Shown here: positions 18,254 to 28,472 of the stretch, in pieces
Position numbering within the stretch: the first letter of the stretch is position 1
How the letters are laid out: each line of letters opens with the position of its first letter
From: a virus
Taxonomy: Duplodnaviria; Caudoviricetes
Strand: one strand, 5' to 3'
Length of the DNA stretch: 34,515 bases
IMG/VR virus record: IMGVR_UViG_3300005512_000153
Coordinates: 1 to 34,515 of that record
The notes under the pieces: generated by a model
What the model was told of the DNA's origin: nothing
Database searches by the model: none
The model's input: the letters and a program-made list of their open reading frames with translations, nothing else
Made by a program: the position numbers and the translations under genes

Positions 18254-18646
18254 ATGGCAAGCAGACAAGCAGTATATTCAGATATAGATATAGAACTGAC
18301 AAGAGCGACTGATGGTGATATATTGAGAGATACAGAAGAGGATGCTGTAATCAATTCTCTTATAAATATTATAAATACTCTACAAGGTAGCAGAAGAATG
18401 TTACCAACTTTTGCTTCTAGTATGCAAAAGATTCTATTTGAACCTATCGACACAGTTACAACAAATACAATCAAATCGAAGTTGATTAGTAGTATTAGAA
18501 AATGGGATGATAGAGTAATAATTGAAAATATTATAGTAGATAAAGATGAAGATATGGCCCTTTATAAATGCACAATGAAATTTAGAATTAAGGGGTTTAG
18601 GGAAGAAAACATAACAACCATAGATTTTGTTCTAAGAGCCTTCTAG
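18254..18646 (+). CDS. gp25: Baseplate wedge/sheath initiator (gp25-like)
   Basis: YSDID, AVINSL.NII.T..G.R.M.PTF, LFEP and I.KWDDRV motifs. Confidence 0.9.
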   Translation: MASRQAVYSDIDIELTRATDGDILRDTEEDAVINSLINIINTLQGSRRMLPTFASSMQKILFEPIDTVTTNTIKSKLISSIRKWDDRVIIENIIVDKDEDMALYKCTMKFRIKGFREENITTIDFVLRAF

Positions 18647-18659
18647 GAGAATTTATAAT

Positions 18660-20423
18660 ATGGCTAACAATTTAATACCAAAGTACTTAGATATTGATTA
18701 TAATACAATTATACAATCAATAAAAGACGAACTTGCTACAAATATTACATTCAGAGATTATAATTATGAAGGATCTAATATTGCTATACTCATAGAGTTA
18801 GTAGCGTATATTGGGGAACTTTATACATACTATCTTAACAAGGTAGCTAAAAATGTCTATATTGAAACTGCTGATGTATATGAGAATGTCAATATCCTTG
18901 CACATCAAGAAGGATATGAGGTAAAGGGATATACTTCATCAAAAGTTACATTATCATTAACTGTTTCTGGTGATGGTATTAATGATGGTGATATATTATA
19001 TGTATATCCATGGCATGAGTTAGACACTGGTATATCAACAGATGATGGTGATGATATAAAGTTTTCAACAACCTCATCAAGAAGTATAGAAGTGTCTTCT
19101 GTAGGTGGTGTAGTTTATGGTTCAGACAGGATTCCTGTTGTCCAAGGTACAGTAAAATATTTCACATATGATGGTTCTGATATTATAGCAAATGAGATTA
19201 TCCTGCCCACATTCAATTATGCACATGATGATGATGTTGATGATACTATCAATACAGTAGAGTTGAAAGTAAACGGTCTTACATGGACAAGAGTTAGTGA
19301 CTTTTATGATGAACTATCAGCATTAGAATTAGCAGATAACCCAGATTACTATGATAATGTCTATATGGTTATTTATGATAAGTATCGAAGAACCAAAGTG
19401 GTGTTCAATTCATCAAGGAACGTACCTATATCAACTGATACTATAACCATAAACATGTTAGTAAGTTTAGGTATTGATGGTAATATAGGTGCAATTACAA
19501 ACACATCTGCTGATGGAGCATGGACGCCGGATACTCATTGGATAAAGAACTTAACTACTGATGAGTGGGTGGCAAGCTCACTTATGACTATCGAAACATC
19601 AGCTGCATCTACTGGTGGTACTGATCCAGAGGAAATTGAAGATATAAGAGAACAAACAAAGGCTATACATAATTCACAATATAGAGATGTAACGGCTACA
19701 GATTATAAGGCCCATTTAGAACAACATTCAGAGATCGGTGGAGCATATGTATGGGGTGAAAAAGATGTTTCACCATCTGGTAATGTATTAGAGTATAACA
19801 AAGTTCATATAACTGTTGTTCCTGTTGATACACCCGATGAGTGGAATACGGGTACTTTGAATACATCAGCTTCAGTATGGGTTCCTACTGGAAATGCAGC
19901 ATCTGCATCAGCTAGTATATATGTACCAACAACATTTGTAAGTCAATGGACCGATAAACTAGAAAGTTACCTGGAACCAAGAATGATGTTAAGTGCTTAT
20001 GAAGAGTGGGAAGTGCCTGAGCTTGTGTACTTCAAATTTGATATAGGAGTGAGATTATATAGACTCTATTCCATTGATGATATTGATAACAACATTCTTG
20101 ATAAATTGGAATATTACTTTAGACAGAGTAACAGAAAGTTCTATGATCTTATAAACTTTATGGATATATCTGAATACTTGTTAGACCAAACGGAAATATC
20201 ACCAACTAACAATTTTGATTATATTAAAGGTATAAGAAACTTGAATATAAGGGATGTGGATTGTAGTGCTACTATATATGAACCTAACAACATAGGCAAT
20301 TATCCTCAATATACAACAGATGCTTATGTTTCTGATGTTGAAAATCAACTAAGATCAATTAGGCTAGGAAGAAACCAGTTTCCTATATATTCTAAAACAC
20401 TTACTACAGTAACAGAGGAATAA
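18660..20423 (+). CDS. gp6: Baseplate wedge protein (gp6-like)
   Basis: DYN.I...I, F.DYNYEGSN...LIELVAY, GG.DPE.IE.IR, Q.R.VTA.DY and VWGE motifs. Confidence 0.9.
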   Translation: MANNLIPKYLDIDYNTIIQSIKDELATNITFRDYNYEGSNIAILIELVAYIGELYTYYLNKVAKNVYIETADVYENVNILAHQEGYEVKGYTSSKVTLSLTVSGDGINDGDILYVYPWHELDTGISTDDGDDIKFSTTSSRSIEVSSVGGVVYGSDRIPVVQGTVKYFTYDGSDIIANEIILPTFNYAHDDDVDDTINTVELKVNGLTWTRVSDFYDELSALELADNPDYYDNVYMVIYDKYRRTKVVFNSSRNVPISTDTITINMLVSLGIDGNIGAITNTSADGAWTPDTHWIKNLTTDEWVASSLMTIETSAASTGGTDPEEIEDIREQTKAIHNSQYRDVTATDYKAHLEQHSEIGGAYVWGEKDVSPSGNVLEYNKVHITVVPVDTPDEWNTGTLNTSASVWVPTGNAASASASIYVPTTFVSQWTDKLESYLEPRMMLSAYEEWEVPELVYFKFDIGVRLYRLYSIDDIDNNILDKLEYYFRQSNRKFYDLINFMDISEYLLDQTEISPTNNFDYIKGIRNLNIRDVDCSATIYEPNNIGNYPQYTTDAYVSDVENQLRSIRLGRNQFPIYSKTLTTVTEE

Positions 20424-20425
20424 CA

Positions 20426-23400
20426 ATGGGTAAGTTTTCAGACGCACCATATCATTTACTACAGAATTATTATAATGCTTTAATGAGCACTAAAAGTGGT
20501 AGCCAAATAAATCCTACTATAGTTGGTTCCTATTTAAGAGGGCATAGATCATCAATAATCAGTACTGGTGGGTATTGGGAAAGATTTTATGTGAAATTTA
20601 ATAAAATTACTGATGATAATGGTGTTGAACAGGATGCTGAATGGCCTGGTTTTGTTGAGTTCAAATTCAAACCAACAGACACAAATTATATAAATGGTGA
20701 TAAGTTTAGTTTCACTGGTGGTATATTATTAACATTAGAAGCTTCGGCAAACGGCGTAGTATTGAGTGTCACTGAATCTGGTGATGATATAACCTCATCA
20801 AGTAGTTGGAATTCTTATACTCAAGTGTATCATGTACCTAGTAAAACTGATATATATGGTACTATAGAACCTGGATCAGAGGTATATTTTAGAAGAAACA
20901 GTTATCTTCATAAATGGATAGAGAATGAAACCAATCTAACATTATATGAGGATATGACTAATGTTAAGCGTCCATTCTTATATTTTGGTAAAATCTATCC
21001 TAGCACTGGTGTTACAAATGGTTATCATATTATGTTTGATGGTATGAAGAATTTTGTAATGAATGCTCTACCTAGACATAACCGTACAGAAAGACTTACA
21101 GAGTTCATGAAGATATATTTCGATAAGATATACCATAAGATATATAATCTAAGCAAAAACATACCAACATTGTTAGATGCACAAGAATCTGATATAGATT
21201 ATCTAAAATATATGGCATTAAACTATAATATAGATCTTGATGATACATTTTCTTCTACTGATTTGATAACTAGAGAGGATGAAGCAAGAGATTGGGTTGA
21301 TAATCTTGTATACTTATTGAAACGTAAAGGCACATATACATCATTATATATTATATGGAAGACGTTATTACAAAATACACCAAACAGACTTAATATATAT
21401 GATAGATATCATTTATCACAACCAGTATCAGGTTGGTCTGTGCCCAATGTACCATTACCACATTTTACAAATGTTATGCATGAAGTAAATTATGGTATAG
21501 ACCCTGTGAGCTGTTCTGGTAAGTATTGGTATACGCAAGCCATAACAATAACGGATGCTGCTTTTCATACACAAGGCTTTGTTTCCACTACATGGGATGT
21601 ATATCATAAAATGTATACAAAGAATGTTATAGTTCAATGTTATGATGGGTTTTATAACAGGATATGGCCCGTATCCATAGAAGCTTTAACCTCTGGTCAT
21701 ATAAGATTGACATTTGCTACTAATGTTATTGGGTATGCGTATCTATTAAGAAGAGACTTTCTTAAAATTAATGATGAAGAACTTACGGCATGGATAATTA
21801 ACCATCTCAAAAATAACCAAAAAATCCTTTCTCAATATCAGAATACTGATTATGATATAATAATGCCAAAGAATGTTGAATTGACAAATCAAAATGTTAC
21901 TAATGCAGCATTTGAGACAGCTCAAAAAGGTTATGCGATGATTGAGAATACCGATGTTCATGTATTCAATCAAGTGGCATCAAAAAAGACATGGAATATA
22001 AATCATGCTTTAAGTAATCGTGATATCCTAATACAAGTATTTAACACCGATGATGAAGAAATAGAACCAAAGACAATTGTATTAACTGATAATGATAATT
22101 GTACATTAACATTTGAAGCATCTGCAAGTGGTTATGTTGTTATAAAAGAGTCTTCTGCTGGTACTGGTATAATACCAGATAATATGATACGATCACCACA
22201 TTATAGAGTGGAAACTGATCTATCATGTGAACCACTTGATAATGATGAAGGTAAAATCTTATCAGAATCCACAATAGATAGATTGATAACAAATTGGGAA
22301 TTAATGAGGCCTGTAACAAGATTCTCACATTATCATGAACTTATATCTCCAATATCAGACTTCTCTGGTAATGATATTTCTCTTTATGGTAGTGAATTTG
22401 ATAACTCATTTTTAATGACTAAATTTACTCCATCTGCTGGTGAAACATTACCAGCATCAGATCCCGATGTTATGGTTTATCATCAATTTTCTAATAGTGA
22501 TACATGGAATATTGCACATGATATGAACTCTACTGATTTTGTAATACAATGTTATAACAGTGAGAAGGAAGCAATATTCCCCAAATCAATAAGACCAATA
22601 GGAACTAATGTTATTAGTATTACATTTGAATATTCATCAAATGGACATGCAGTTATAACAGAAGCAGTATCTCCTAGTGGTGAGGTTTTTGACCAAGCAT
22701 CCCCAAGCTTACAGTGGTTGGTGACTCATGCATTAGGAACAAAAGAGATCATACATCAATACAATGATGATATATATCAACAATTTTTACCAGAGGAATC
22801 AACACTCACAGGTACAGGAGCATTAACTGGTGACCTTATTGAAAGTATGGCAGGTCATGTTATGATATCATCATTTGATTATTTTCATACACAAACACAA
22901 TCAACATCGGGCACTATATGGTATATTCCACATGGATTAGATAAAGAATGGGTTGTTGTCCAGGTATATAATAGTGATTGGGAACAAACACAACCAGAAA
23001 ACATAACAATTATAAGTAATAATGTCTGTAAGTTGGAGTTTGGTACTGCTATACATGGTTATGCTGTTGTTAGGGGTGTTAGTGATGTCATAACAACAGA
23101 TGATATATATGATTCAATTGTCAATGGTGGTACATGGATGATAGGACAAGGTACAAGTGGATCTGATTATGATCCATTAACAACTGGCAATGTAGAAAGT
23201 ATGCTTGTTAGTGGATCAACTTGGTTGGATACATATGAGGGTGATGATTATTTTTATATAACATTTGAAGCACATAATAGATATGATGCAGATTGGAATA
23301 TAACAGAACTCTTACTAAGGGATAACAATGGTATACCGAGATTCTATACTTATTGTTCACCAATACATAAACCAAAAGATGTTTGGTTTGATGCACATTT

Positions 23401-23428
23401 TAGATTGAAGAAGACTTATATAGGATAA
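20426..23428 (+). CDS. Large baseplate wedge protein (gp7-like) with six ~60-aa beta-repeat domains
   Basis: LLD....D..YL.Y.A and LLKRKGT..S (P2 gpI/gp7-like) motifs; follows gp6. Six W.I.H.L...V.Q.Y...I.P...L.F....G.A.I repeats. Confidence 0.65.
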   Translation: MGKFSDAPYHLLQNYYNALMSTKSGSQINPTIVGSYLRGHRSSIISTGGYWERFYVKFNKITDDNGVEQDAEWPGFVEFKFKPTDTNYINGDKFSFTGGILLTLEASANGVVLSVTESGDDITSSSSWNSYTQVYHVPSKTDIYGTIEPGSEVYFRRNSYLHKWIENETNLTLYEDMTNVKRPFLYFGKIYPSTGVTNGYHIMFDGMKNFVMNALPRHNRTERLTEFMKIYFDKIYHKIYNLSKNIPTLLDAQESDIDYLKYMALNYNIDLDDTFSSTDLITREDEARDWVDNLVYLLKRKGTYTSLYIIWKTLLQNTPNRLNIYDRYHLSQPVSGWSVPNVPLPHFTNVMHEVNYGIDPVSCSGKYWYTQAITITDAAFHTQGFVSTTWDVYHKMYTKNVIVQCYDGFYNRIWPVSIEALTSGHIRLTFATNVIGYAYLLRRDFLKINDEELTAWIINHLKNNQKILSQYQNTDYDIIMPKNVELTNQNVTNAAFETAQKGYAMIENTDVHVFNQVASKKTWNINHALSNRDILIQVFNTDDEEIEPKTIVLTDNDNCTLTFEASASGYVVIKESSAGTGIIPDNMIRSPHYRVETDLSCEPLDNDEGKILSESTIDRLITNWELMRPVTRFSHYHELISPISDFSGNDISLYGSEFDNSFLMTKFTPSAGETLPASDPDVMVYHQFSNSDTWNIAHDMNSTDFVIQCYNSEKEAIFPKSIRPIGTNVISITFEYSSNGHAVITEAVSPSGEVFDQASPSLQWLVTHALGTKEIIHQYNDDIYQQFLPEESTLTGTGALTGDLIESMAGHVMISSFDYFHTQTQSTSGTIWYIPHGLDKEWVVVQVYNSDWEQTQPENITIISNNVCKLEFGTAIHGYAVVRGVSDVITTDDIYDSIVNGGTWMIGQGTSGSDYDPLTTGNVESMLVSGSTWLDTYEGDDYFYITFEAHNRYDADWNITELLLRDNNGIPRFYTYCSPIHKPKDVWFDAHFRLKKTYIG

Positions 23429-23438
23429 GGAGAATGTA

Positions 23439-25100
23439 ATGGCCGCTAATGAAAATAGAGTTCATTTTTGGGATTTTTTGTTAAATGAAGAAGGACAACC
23501 TATAGCTAATGCTGAGATATGGGTATATCTTGCTGGGTCTACAACACCAGCAGATTTATATGATTCAGAGAACGGAAACTATATTTCCAGTGATATTCCT
23601 ACATTTCAAAGTTATGAGGGAGCAAATGAAGCTCTTTCTGGTAAGGAAATAATACGAACTGATAATACTGGATATTTTGAATTTTGGATAGGTAAAGAAT
23701 CTGAGCTTAATGGATATTTACCAACACAAAAATTCAAACTAAAATGGTATAAAGCTGGTATAGCAGAAGGTACTATTGATTTTATCAATATCATTAATTA
23801 TGCTACTGGTACTGATGGTGATGGGTTAGCATGGGAAGGTGATTGGACAGATGCAACACAATATGAAGAACGTGATCTTGTTTCGTTTACTTTAAGCCCA
23901 TCAGCTGTCTCTGTGTATATATGTACAGCGGCTCACTTATCTAGTTCTTTAACAGCACCTAGTAGTGGTGCTAACTGGGCTACTGTTTGGGATTTATATA
24001 GTCAAGGGCGTTCTGGTACATCTGGTACATCTGGTTATTCATTTGATTGGAAGGGAACATGGATAACAGCAACAGCATATGAGATATCAGATTCAGTAAG
24101 TAATACAACAAGTGCCAATATTTTAAGCTCATTTGTGTGTACAGCTGATCATACATCTGGTGCTACTGATGAACCAGGAGTAGGTGCAACGTGGAAAACT
24201 AAATGGGATTATATCAGTGCTGGTCGTGTAAATGGGGATTTTACTAGCTTAATAACCAATTCATTACAAATTACTGGACTTACAGCTTCTAAACCTGTAT
24301 TTACAGATGCTTCTAAGAATATTGTATCAACTGGTACATTACCCATAGACCAAGGTGGCACTGGATCAACAACTGCAAGCAATGCATTTGATGCACTTAA
24401 ACAGAATGCCACTGAATCTTATACGGGTGTATTAGAAACGGCTACAGATGCAGAAGCAGTTGCACATACTGCTACTGATAAAATAGTAGTACCATCAAAC
24501 CTTGATAATGTATTTGCTACTCCTCCATCATTAGGAAGTACAACACCATCAAGTGGTGCATTTACTACAATCACAACCACAAGTACTGCTACAATCGGTG
24601 CCGCAGGAACTTTGGAAGGTGGGCAATCAAGTCCCACTGGTACGACTGTTTTGGGTTATAATGGATATTTTTACGCTACAAAAGTTTTCAATAACGTATT
24701 TAATGATATTGCTGACTTTATAAATATAAGTGATGGTGAGAATATTGTATATGGTAAGTGTTATTACTATACACCAGAAGGTATTAAGATTTGTAACAAG
24801 AAGTGTCAGAAATCAGTAATAGGTATAACAACTGATACATTTGGATATGGTTTGGGTCAAGATGATTCCAAAGCACCTATTGCTATTGGTGGATGGGTAT
24901 TAGCATATACTGATAAAGAGTATGAACCAGGCACACCATTGACAAACGATGCAAATGGTAATCTTACTGAAATGAGTAAGCGTCAAAAGAGAAACTATCC
25001 AGAAAGATTAGTTGCTATATTTATGAGAAAGGAAGAAGAGAATAAGGTTTTCAATAATCATATTTCTGTAAATGGTAGAAATTGGGTTAGAGTTTATTAG
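23439..25100 (+). CDS. Tail fibre / receptor-binding protein
   Basis: N-terminal GQPIANA..WVYLAG...TD..GYF domain and two W.G.W.....Y...D.V CBM-like modules. These are followed by a Thr/Ser/Gly-rich shaft and a C-terminal ND.AD chaperone-like domain shared with 32951-34003. Confidence 0.75.
   Translation: MAANENRVHFWDFLLNEEGQPIANAEIWVYLAGSTTPADLYDSENGNYISSDIPTFQSYEGANEALSGKEIIRTDNTGYFEFWIGKESELNGYLPTQKFKLKWYKAGIAEGTIDFINIINYATGTDGDGLAWEGDWTDATQYEERDLVSFTLSPSAVSVYICTAAHLSSSLTAPSSGANWATVWDLYSQGRSGTSGTSGYSFDWKGTWITATAYEISDSVSNTTSANILSSFVCTADHTSGATDEPGVGATWKTKWDYISAGRVNGDFTSLITNSLQITGLTASKPVFTDASKNIVSTGTLPIDQGGTGSTTASNAFDALKQNATESYTGVLETATDAEAVAHTATDKIVVPSNLDNVFATPPSLGSTTPSSGAFTTITTTSTATIGAAGTLEGGQSSPTGTTVLGYNGYFYATKVFNNVFNDIADFINISDGENIVYGKCYYYTPEGIKICNKKCQKSVIGITTDTFGYGLGQDDSKAPIAIGGWVLAYTDKEYEPGTPLTNDANGNLTEMSKRQKRNYPERLVAIFMRKEEENKVFNNHISVNGRNWVRVY
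24891..24975 (+). repeat. Direct repeat copy 1 (85 nt, 3 mismatches versus 33800-33884)
   Basis: 24911-24970 is identical to 33820-33879 (tgataaagagtatgaaccaggcacaccattgacaaacgatgcaaatggtaatcttactga). Confidence 0.9.
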
Positions 25101-25109
25101 GAGATAGTT

Positions 25110-25883
25110 ATGGGATATGCTTGGAGTACAATATTACAGTATGAAGAGGTTACAGATGATTCATTTGATGAAGTTATAACAAATCTTAATTCTCTATATT
25201 TGGATTTAGAATCAACACAACCAATATGGACTAATAACCCTGAAGCTGGTAATATTATTGATGAGGATTATCTTAAAGAGGTTTTAACTAGAACTAATAC
25301 TGCATATGATCTAAATTACTGTAGGACTCATAATGCTACAGAAAATGCTACTCATCAAGGGGCTAAGTATCTTGGTGCTCTTGCATCTAATGATGATACA
25401 TTTAATGTTACTCATAACGTAACATACCAGAATGACTTACATTCTACATACCAGAATGACTTACATTCTACATACAAAAATGACCATAACACATTGGAAG
25501 ACAGTTCTCATTATACTGGATGGTTGAATGATCATAATACAGGAGAGGATTCTGCTTATAATGTAGGCTATCTAAATGATCATAATACAGGATATGATTC
25601 TGCTTATAATCTAGGTTATCTAAATGATCATAATACAGGAGATTCAACATTACATTCTACTTACCAAAGTGACTTGCATTCGGGATGGGATTCAACACAT
25701 TATGGTACTCATTATACAGTACATGATACAACAGAGCTATCTCCAAATGATGTTGGAGCAGCAGCATATGAATATGGTTCCGTATTAGATTCAGCTGATA
25801 CAGGATATGACGCTGGGGATCGGTCTGGGTATTGTTCTACTGAATATTCACCTGTTTATGGATCGTATTATAGTCCAACTTAA
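25110..25883 (+). CDS. His/Tyr/Asp/Asn-rich tetrad-repeat protein, type A1 (candidate rSAM substrate)
   Basis: GGAG SD. A doubled N-terminal motif ends in NYCRTHN (shared with 31762), followed by 8-aa (TYQNDLHS) and 16-aa (NDHNTG.DSAYN.GYL) repeats. Confidence 0.8.
   Translation: MGYAWSTILQYEEVTDDSFDEVITNLNSLYLDLESTQPIWTNNPEAGNIIDEDYLKEVLTRTNTAYDLNYCRTHNATENATHQGAKYLGALASNDDTFNVTHNVTYQNDLHSTYQNDLHSTYKNDHNTLEDSSHYTGWLNDHNTGEDSAYNVGYLNDHNTGYDSAYNLGYLNDHNTGDSTLHSTYQSDLHSGWDSTHYGTHYTVHDTTELSPNDVGAAAYEYGSVLDSADTGYDAGDRSGYCSTEYSPVYGSYYSPT
25422..25640 (+). repeat. In-frame 24-nt and 48-nt tandem repeats
   Basis: acataccagaatgacttacattct x2 from 25422. aatgatcataatacagga recurs at 25527, 25575 and 25623. 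Confidence 0.85.
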
Positions 25884-25897
25884 TAAGAGGTAATTTT

Positions 25898-26620
25898 ATG
25901 GCTTTAACATGGAGTGAAGATATATCAACAGGAGATAGAATAGATCTTTCTGATATTACAGAGTTTCGTACTAATATTGATCTAATAAAAGATAATCTTG
26001 ATAATATAACACATGATGCTACATTTCAATCTGATTATAATAGTATAAATGACCCAGGTGCCAATATATCACATAATAATATAGAATATACAACTTTATG
26101 TGCTTCTAACTATGTTGGACATGATACATCATATGATAATGGTCATGATGTAACATATTATTCTGGTCATGATAACGATTTGCATTCTGGTCATAACAAT
26201 GTTTTATATTCTGGTCATGATAACGATTTGCATTCAACATATCTATCTGGATGGTATAATGGTCATGATAACGATTTGCATTTAACATATAATGCAACCA
26301 ATTATCCGGGACATGATAACGATTTGCATTCAACATATCTATCTGGATGGTATAATGGTCATGATAACGATTTGCATTTAACATATAATGCAACCAATTA
26401 TCCGGGACATGATAACGATTTGCATTCAACACATAATGCAACCCAATATACCTCAAGAGATAGTAGTGTACATTCCTCTGAATGTTCATCATACTACTTT
26501 ACTAATCTAAACACACTCTGTCGATCTGATCATGTATTTCATGATTCTGGTGCATATGATGGACGAAATATTAGTATTTATTCAGGTCAATGTACTGGGC
26601 ATGAAAATCCATATGGATAA
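25898..26620 (+). CDS. His/Tyr/Asp/Asn-rich repeat protein, type B1 (candidate rSAM substrate)
   Basis: GAGG SD. N-terminus W..D...GD.I.L.DITE.R.NIDLI....ITHD is shared with 31071. Six GHDNDLH-led 16-aa units. Confidence 0.8.
   Translation: MALTWSEDISTGDRIDLSDITEFRTNIDLIKDNLDNITHDATFQSDYNSINDPGANISHNNIEYTTLCASNYVGHDTSYDNGHDVTYYSGHDNDLHSGHNNVLYSGHDNDLHSTYLSGWYNGHDNDLHLTYNATNYPGHDNDLHSTYLSGWYNGHDNDLHLTYNATNYPGHDNDLHSTHNATQYTSRDSSVHSSECSSYYFTNLNTLCRSDHVFHDSGAYDGRNISIYSGQCTGHENPYG
26165..26452 (+). repeat. Six 48-nt in-frame tandem units including a 96-nt duplication
   Basis: catgataacgatttgcatt recurs every 48 nt. GHDNDLHSTYLSGWYN-GHDNDLHLTYNATNYP occurs twice. Confidence 0.9.
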
Positions 26621-26630
26621 AATATAATAT

Positions 26631-26660
26631 GTTTACAATTATATAAACATAAGTTACAAT
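26631..26660 (+). promoter_or_regulatory. Sigma70/T4-early-type promoter driving the radical SAM cassette
   Basis: GTTTACA-17 nt-TACAAT in the intergenic gap. The same architecture occurs at 34179-34208. Confidence 0.65.
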
Positions 26661-26693
26661 AAGTTAAACTAAATTTTGGAGGAAATAAATTGT

Positions 26694-27065
26694 ATGGAAA
26701 ATTTTAAACAAGATTTTGAAAATATTTGTAAAGAAGATATGAAGGACGCGTGTTTGATAGGATTATCCGCTCTTGTACTAAAAAATATATCAGAAATTGA
26801 ATCTAAAAAATTGGGCATCATAAAGGAAGTATTTTGCACTCTTGACCATGAATTACCAGAAATTAAAAAAATTACTGGAATGTTTAATATTGTTGAAGAG
26901 TATGATAAGAGATTGATTGATATTCTTGTTACTATTGAAAGGGATATCTCTATAGCCTTATTTGATAAGAATGAAGGTGATAAATGTTGTAATAACAAAC
27001 AGCAAGATGATAAACTCTGTAATATTGATAGAGATGCCAAAATCAAGAAATGGTGGGAGGTATAA
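26694..27065 (+). CDS. Hypothetical Cys-containing helical protein (rSAM cassette accessory)
   Basis: ATG at 26694 after GGAGG (the ORF track starts at TTG 26676). First gene after the promoter. Confidence 0.65.
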   Translation: MENFKQDFENICKEDMKDACLIGLSALVLKNISEIESKKLGIIKEVFCTLDHELPEIKKITGMFNIVEEYDKRLIDILVTIERDISIALFDKNEGDKCCNNKQQDDKLCNIDRDAKIKKWWEV

Positions 27066-27066
27066 A

Positions 27067-27246
27067 ATGAAAATATATCAAATAATAGGTATGAGAGAAC
27101 AATATGGTGAAGAGTTTCATAAACTTAAAGAAGAAGGAAACAGAGAAGCCATTGAGATTAGTAATGGGTATAAGAATCCATTGATAGTAGCCAATATTTT
27201 AAGATGTAGGGTAAATTGCCTATTGGATAAGATGAGAGGTAAATGA
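27067..27246 (+). CDS. Small hypothetical protein (59 aa, rSAM cassette accessory)
   Basis: GGAGG SD, MKIYQIIGMREQYGEEF...KMRGK*. It abuts both neighbours (the ORF track starts at 26962). Confidence 0.6.
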   Translation: MKIYQIIGMREQYGEEFHKLKEEGNREAIEISNGYKNPLIVANILRCRVNCLLDKMRGK

Positions 27247-27247
27247 T

Positions 27248-28471
27248 ATGTCAAAAGAAGAAAAAATGGGTGATTTTGAAAAGAAGATACTTGAAAATAA
27301 GGTATTGAATAGGTGTAAGTCTATAGAGATTGTTTCTTCAGAAAAATGCCAAAATGCTTGTAAGTATTGTTATAGAGTAAAGAAACATAGTAAATCACCA
27401 GTATATTCTTTAAAAGGACACCATGTAAAGACTTTAGTTGATGCTCTGCTGAATCAAATAGAACAGGACACAAGTTTTACCAAAGTAAGAGACTTTGAAC
27501 TATTTGGTGGTGATAGTCTTATAGATTATGCTGATGCTCTTGATATATTAAGGACTATTAATAGAGAGTATAAACCCCAAAGAATCACTATTCCTACCAA
27601 TGCTCGTATGTTACAAGAACTTACCATAAATGATATTAGAAGACTGGTGGATATGGAAACGCCAGTCGGTTTTAGTTTATCAGTTGATGGGATAAGTGAT
27701 GGTAATAGAAGATTATCCAAAATTGGTAAAATGTTAGCTTATAATGAAGAAGTTAATTACCCAAAACTATTAAAAATTGCAAAAGAGTTTGGATGTGGTT
27801 TCCATCCAATGTTATCATTTACAGATTTCACGAATTGGTTACCCACCATTAAACATTTTTTTGAAAATATGGGTGTAATTCCATATCTACTGGAAGTTAG
27901 ACATTCATTATCTCATGGACAATCTTTAGGTGCAGTAAAAGAACTTGTAAAGGTGAGGAAATATCTTGAAAGCAAGAACCTTCCTAAAGAATCCTTGAAA
28001 AATGCTAATACAACTAGTGGAAGTATAACACCTAGAGGATTGGGATGTTCTGCTTTGACAACATTATGTATTATGCCTAATGGTGATATACCATTTTGTC
28101 ATAGATTGATTGATGAACCTTGGTTAATAGGTAATGTTTTTCATGGTATTGATATATCTAAAGCTGTACAATATACAAGTACAATGGATCATAGGAACTT
28201 TCCTGATTGTATAATCTGTCCTATAAGAAGGTTTTGTAATGGTTTATGTGTTGGTGCTTGTTATGAATATTGGGGTGATCCTTGGATTCCTATTACTACT
28301 ATATGTGATTATATGAGATTGAAATATTATATTTTTGGTGAAGTTTTTGAGGATTGGAAAAACATGTTGTATAATGCAGGTGGTAGAATAAAGAGAGATA
28401 TTTTATTACATCATGTATCAGAAACCTTTGGGGGTGATAATATTAATAAGATTTTAGAAGAGGTATCTTAA
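27248..28471 (+). CDS. Radical SAM/SPASM-domain enzyme 1 (peptide/protein maturase-like)
   Basis: CQNACKYC (CxxxCxxC), FGGD, PTN and LSVDG. SPASM cysteines: GCSA...I.PNGD..FCH...IGN...CIICPIRRFCNGLC...C. Confidence 0.92.
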   Translation: MSKEEKMGDFEKKILENKVLNRCKSIEIVSSEKCQNACKYCYRVKKHSKSPVYSLKGHHVKTLVDALLNQIEQDTSFTKVRDFELFGGDSLIDYADALDILRTINREYKPQRITIPTNARMLQELTINDIRRLVDMETPVGFSLSVDGISDGNRRLSKIGKMLAYNEEVNYPKLLKIAKEFGCGFHPMLSFTDFTNWLPTIKHFFENMGVIPYLLEVRHSLSHGQSLGAVKELVKVRKYLESKNLPKESLKNANTTSGSITPRGLGCSALTTLCIMPNGDIPFCHRLIDEPWLIGNVFHGIDISKAVQYTSTMDHRNFPDCIICPIRRFCNGLCVGACYEYWGDPWIPITTICDYMRLKYYIFGEVFEDWKNMLYNAGGRIKRDILLHHVSETFGGDNINKILEEVS

Positions 28472-28472
28472 A

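Noticed and set aside
26165-26452. Regularly spaced 19-nt repeat with variable intervening sequence, resembling a mini-CRISPR array
   Set aside because: The period is exactly 48 nt and in frame within a coding gene, the 'spacers' are themselves duplicated, and there are no cas genes or leader.
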